Source of the DNA: the human T2T-CHM13v2.0 reference genome, Homo sapiens | NCBI RefSeq assembly: GCF_009914755.1 | Contig: NC_060930.1 | DNA: 64,000 nt | Reading direction: 5' to 3' (one strand) | In this document: positions 63,021 through 64,000 of the stretch, piece after piece | How positions within the stretch are numbered: the stretch's first letter is position 1 | Layout: each line of letters begins with the position of its first letter | The notes under the pieces: generated by a model | Told to the model about the DNA's origin: nothing | The model's database searches: none | The model's input: the letters and a program-made list of their open reading frames with translations, nothing else | Program-made: the position numbers and the translations under genes

Positions 63021-63191
63021 TGTGTCAAACATATTTTCTTTATATACATACTGAATATAGTAAATTCTAGATATTTTGGAGATGAATTCTGCAGCTCATG
63101 AATTATGTAGATCCTGTTTTTTTTCTTTCAAATCTCAGTAATTTTTCATTGCTAATTACATATTTTCCTTGAAAGAGTCAGTCAAGAGTAG

Positions 63192-63560
63192 TGTCTTAGT
63201 TAGCTTAGGCTGCTATAACTATACACTGCAAACTGGGTGGTTTAAACAACAAGCATTTATTTCTCACAGTTCTGGAGCCTGGGAAGTCCAAGATCAAAGC
63301 ATGGGCAGATTTAGTGTCTGGTGATGGCCTAATTCCTGCTTCATATGCGGTCTTCTCTCTGTGTCTTCATGTAGTGAAAGAGGGAAGTCTCTTTCAAGAT
63401 TCTTTTAAGGACACTAATTCTATTCAGGAGGGCTCCACCTTAATGACCTCATCTAATTCTGATTACCCACGAAAGACCCCACTTCCAAATGCCATCACAT
63501 TAGGAGGTAGGATTTCAGTATATAAATTTGCAGGGGACATGAACATTCAGTACATAACAG
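63192..63560 (-). mobile_element. MLT1-type MaLR LTR
   Basis: tgtcttagttagcttaggctgctataac...aacattcagtacataaca. Confidence 0.82.
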
Positions 63561-64000
63561 GTAGTGGGTCTCTGAAATGTTCATGTAGCAATTCTTGTAG
63601 AGATTCAAAAGTCACAGATGAAGTAGAAATTATGCCTAATAATTGGCTTATGGATTGCTTGTAAATTTATCCAAATGCTATTATTGTTATGGAGAGTTGT
63701 TATTCAATGTTAAAAATTTATGTAAATATTTCTGTTTATTAAAACTCAATTCAAACTGGCTTAAGAAATTAAGAAGAGTTTATTTTATATTTCAGCGTGA
63801 CTGAGTCCAGGGATTTAAATGAGCTCTTCAGGATTATCTCTTTCTCTATCACTTATCTTTCTTCTTTTATGATTATAGTGTCATTTTCTTCCATGACCAC
63901 AAGCTTCCTTCAGGAAGGATTTATCTCAGCCCAGTTAGTATCCCAAAAGAAAGAGAGGGCTAGTTTATTTTGGGGTATTACAAGGCAAAGTGAATACCCT

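Overview
Primate (human-like) genomic DNA. It holds the complete 10-exon SERINC1 gene on the - strand (CDS 32054->5333; exon lengths 39+162+170+80+138+170+91+145+231+136 = 1362 nt = 453 aa + stop; all introns GT-AG) and a CpG-island bidirectional promoter at ~31850-32360. On the + strand that promoter feeds what look like non-coding 5' exons of the head-to-head neighbour PKIB (identity inferred from known synteny). The rest is mostly interspersed repeats: Alu, L1, MaLR/ERVL/ERV1 LTRs, a full-length Tigger1 and hAT MERs. The most unusual signal is a ~1.2 kb repeat-free, intronless, decayed coding sequence on the - strand (~37900-39082). Its frame-stitched translation is colinear by eye with bornavirus nucleoprotein, making it a candidate endogenous bornavirus-like N (EBLN) or other mononegavirus N fossil. 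An isolated L1PA 5'-UTR promoter fragment sits directly upstream of it, and a candidate PKIB 5'-UTR exon lies on its antisense strand. Other oddities: an 88-nt near-perfect hairpin in SERINC1 intron 1, a (TA)17-T31 tract at the exon 7 acceptor, and a TSD-flanked 32-bp micro-insertion. Repeat subfamily calls and the viral similarity are by-eye and need HMM confirmation; repeat boundaries are approximate.
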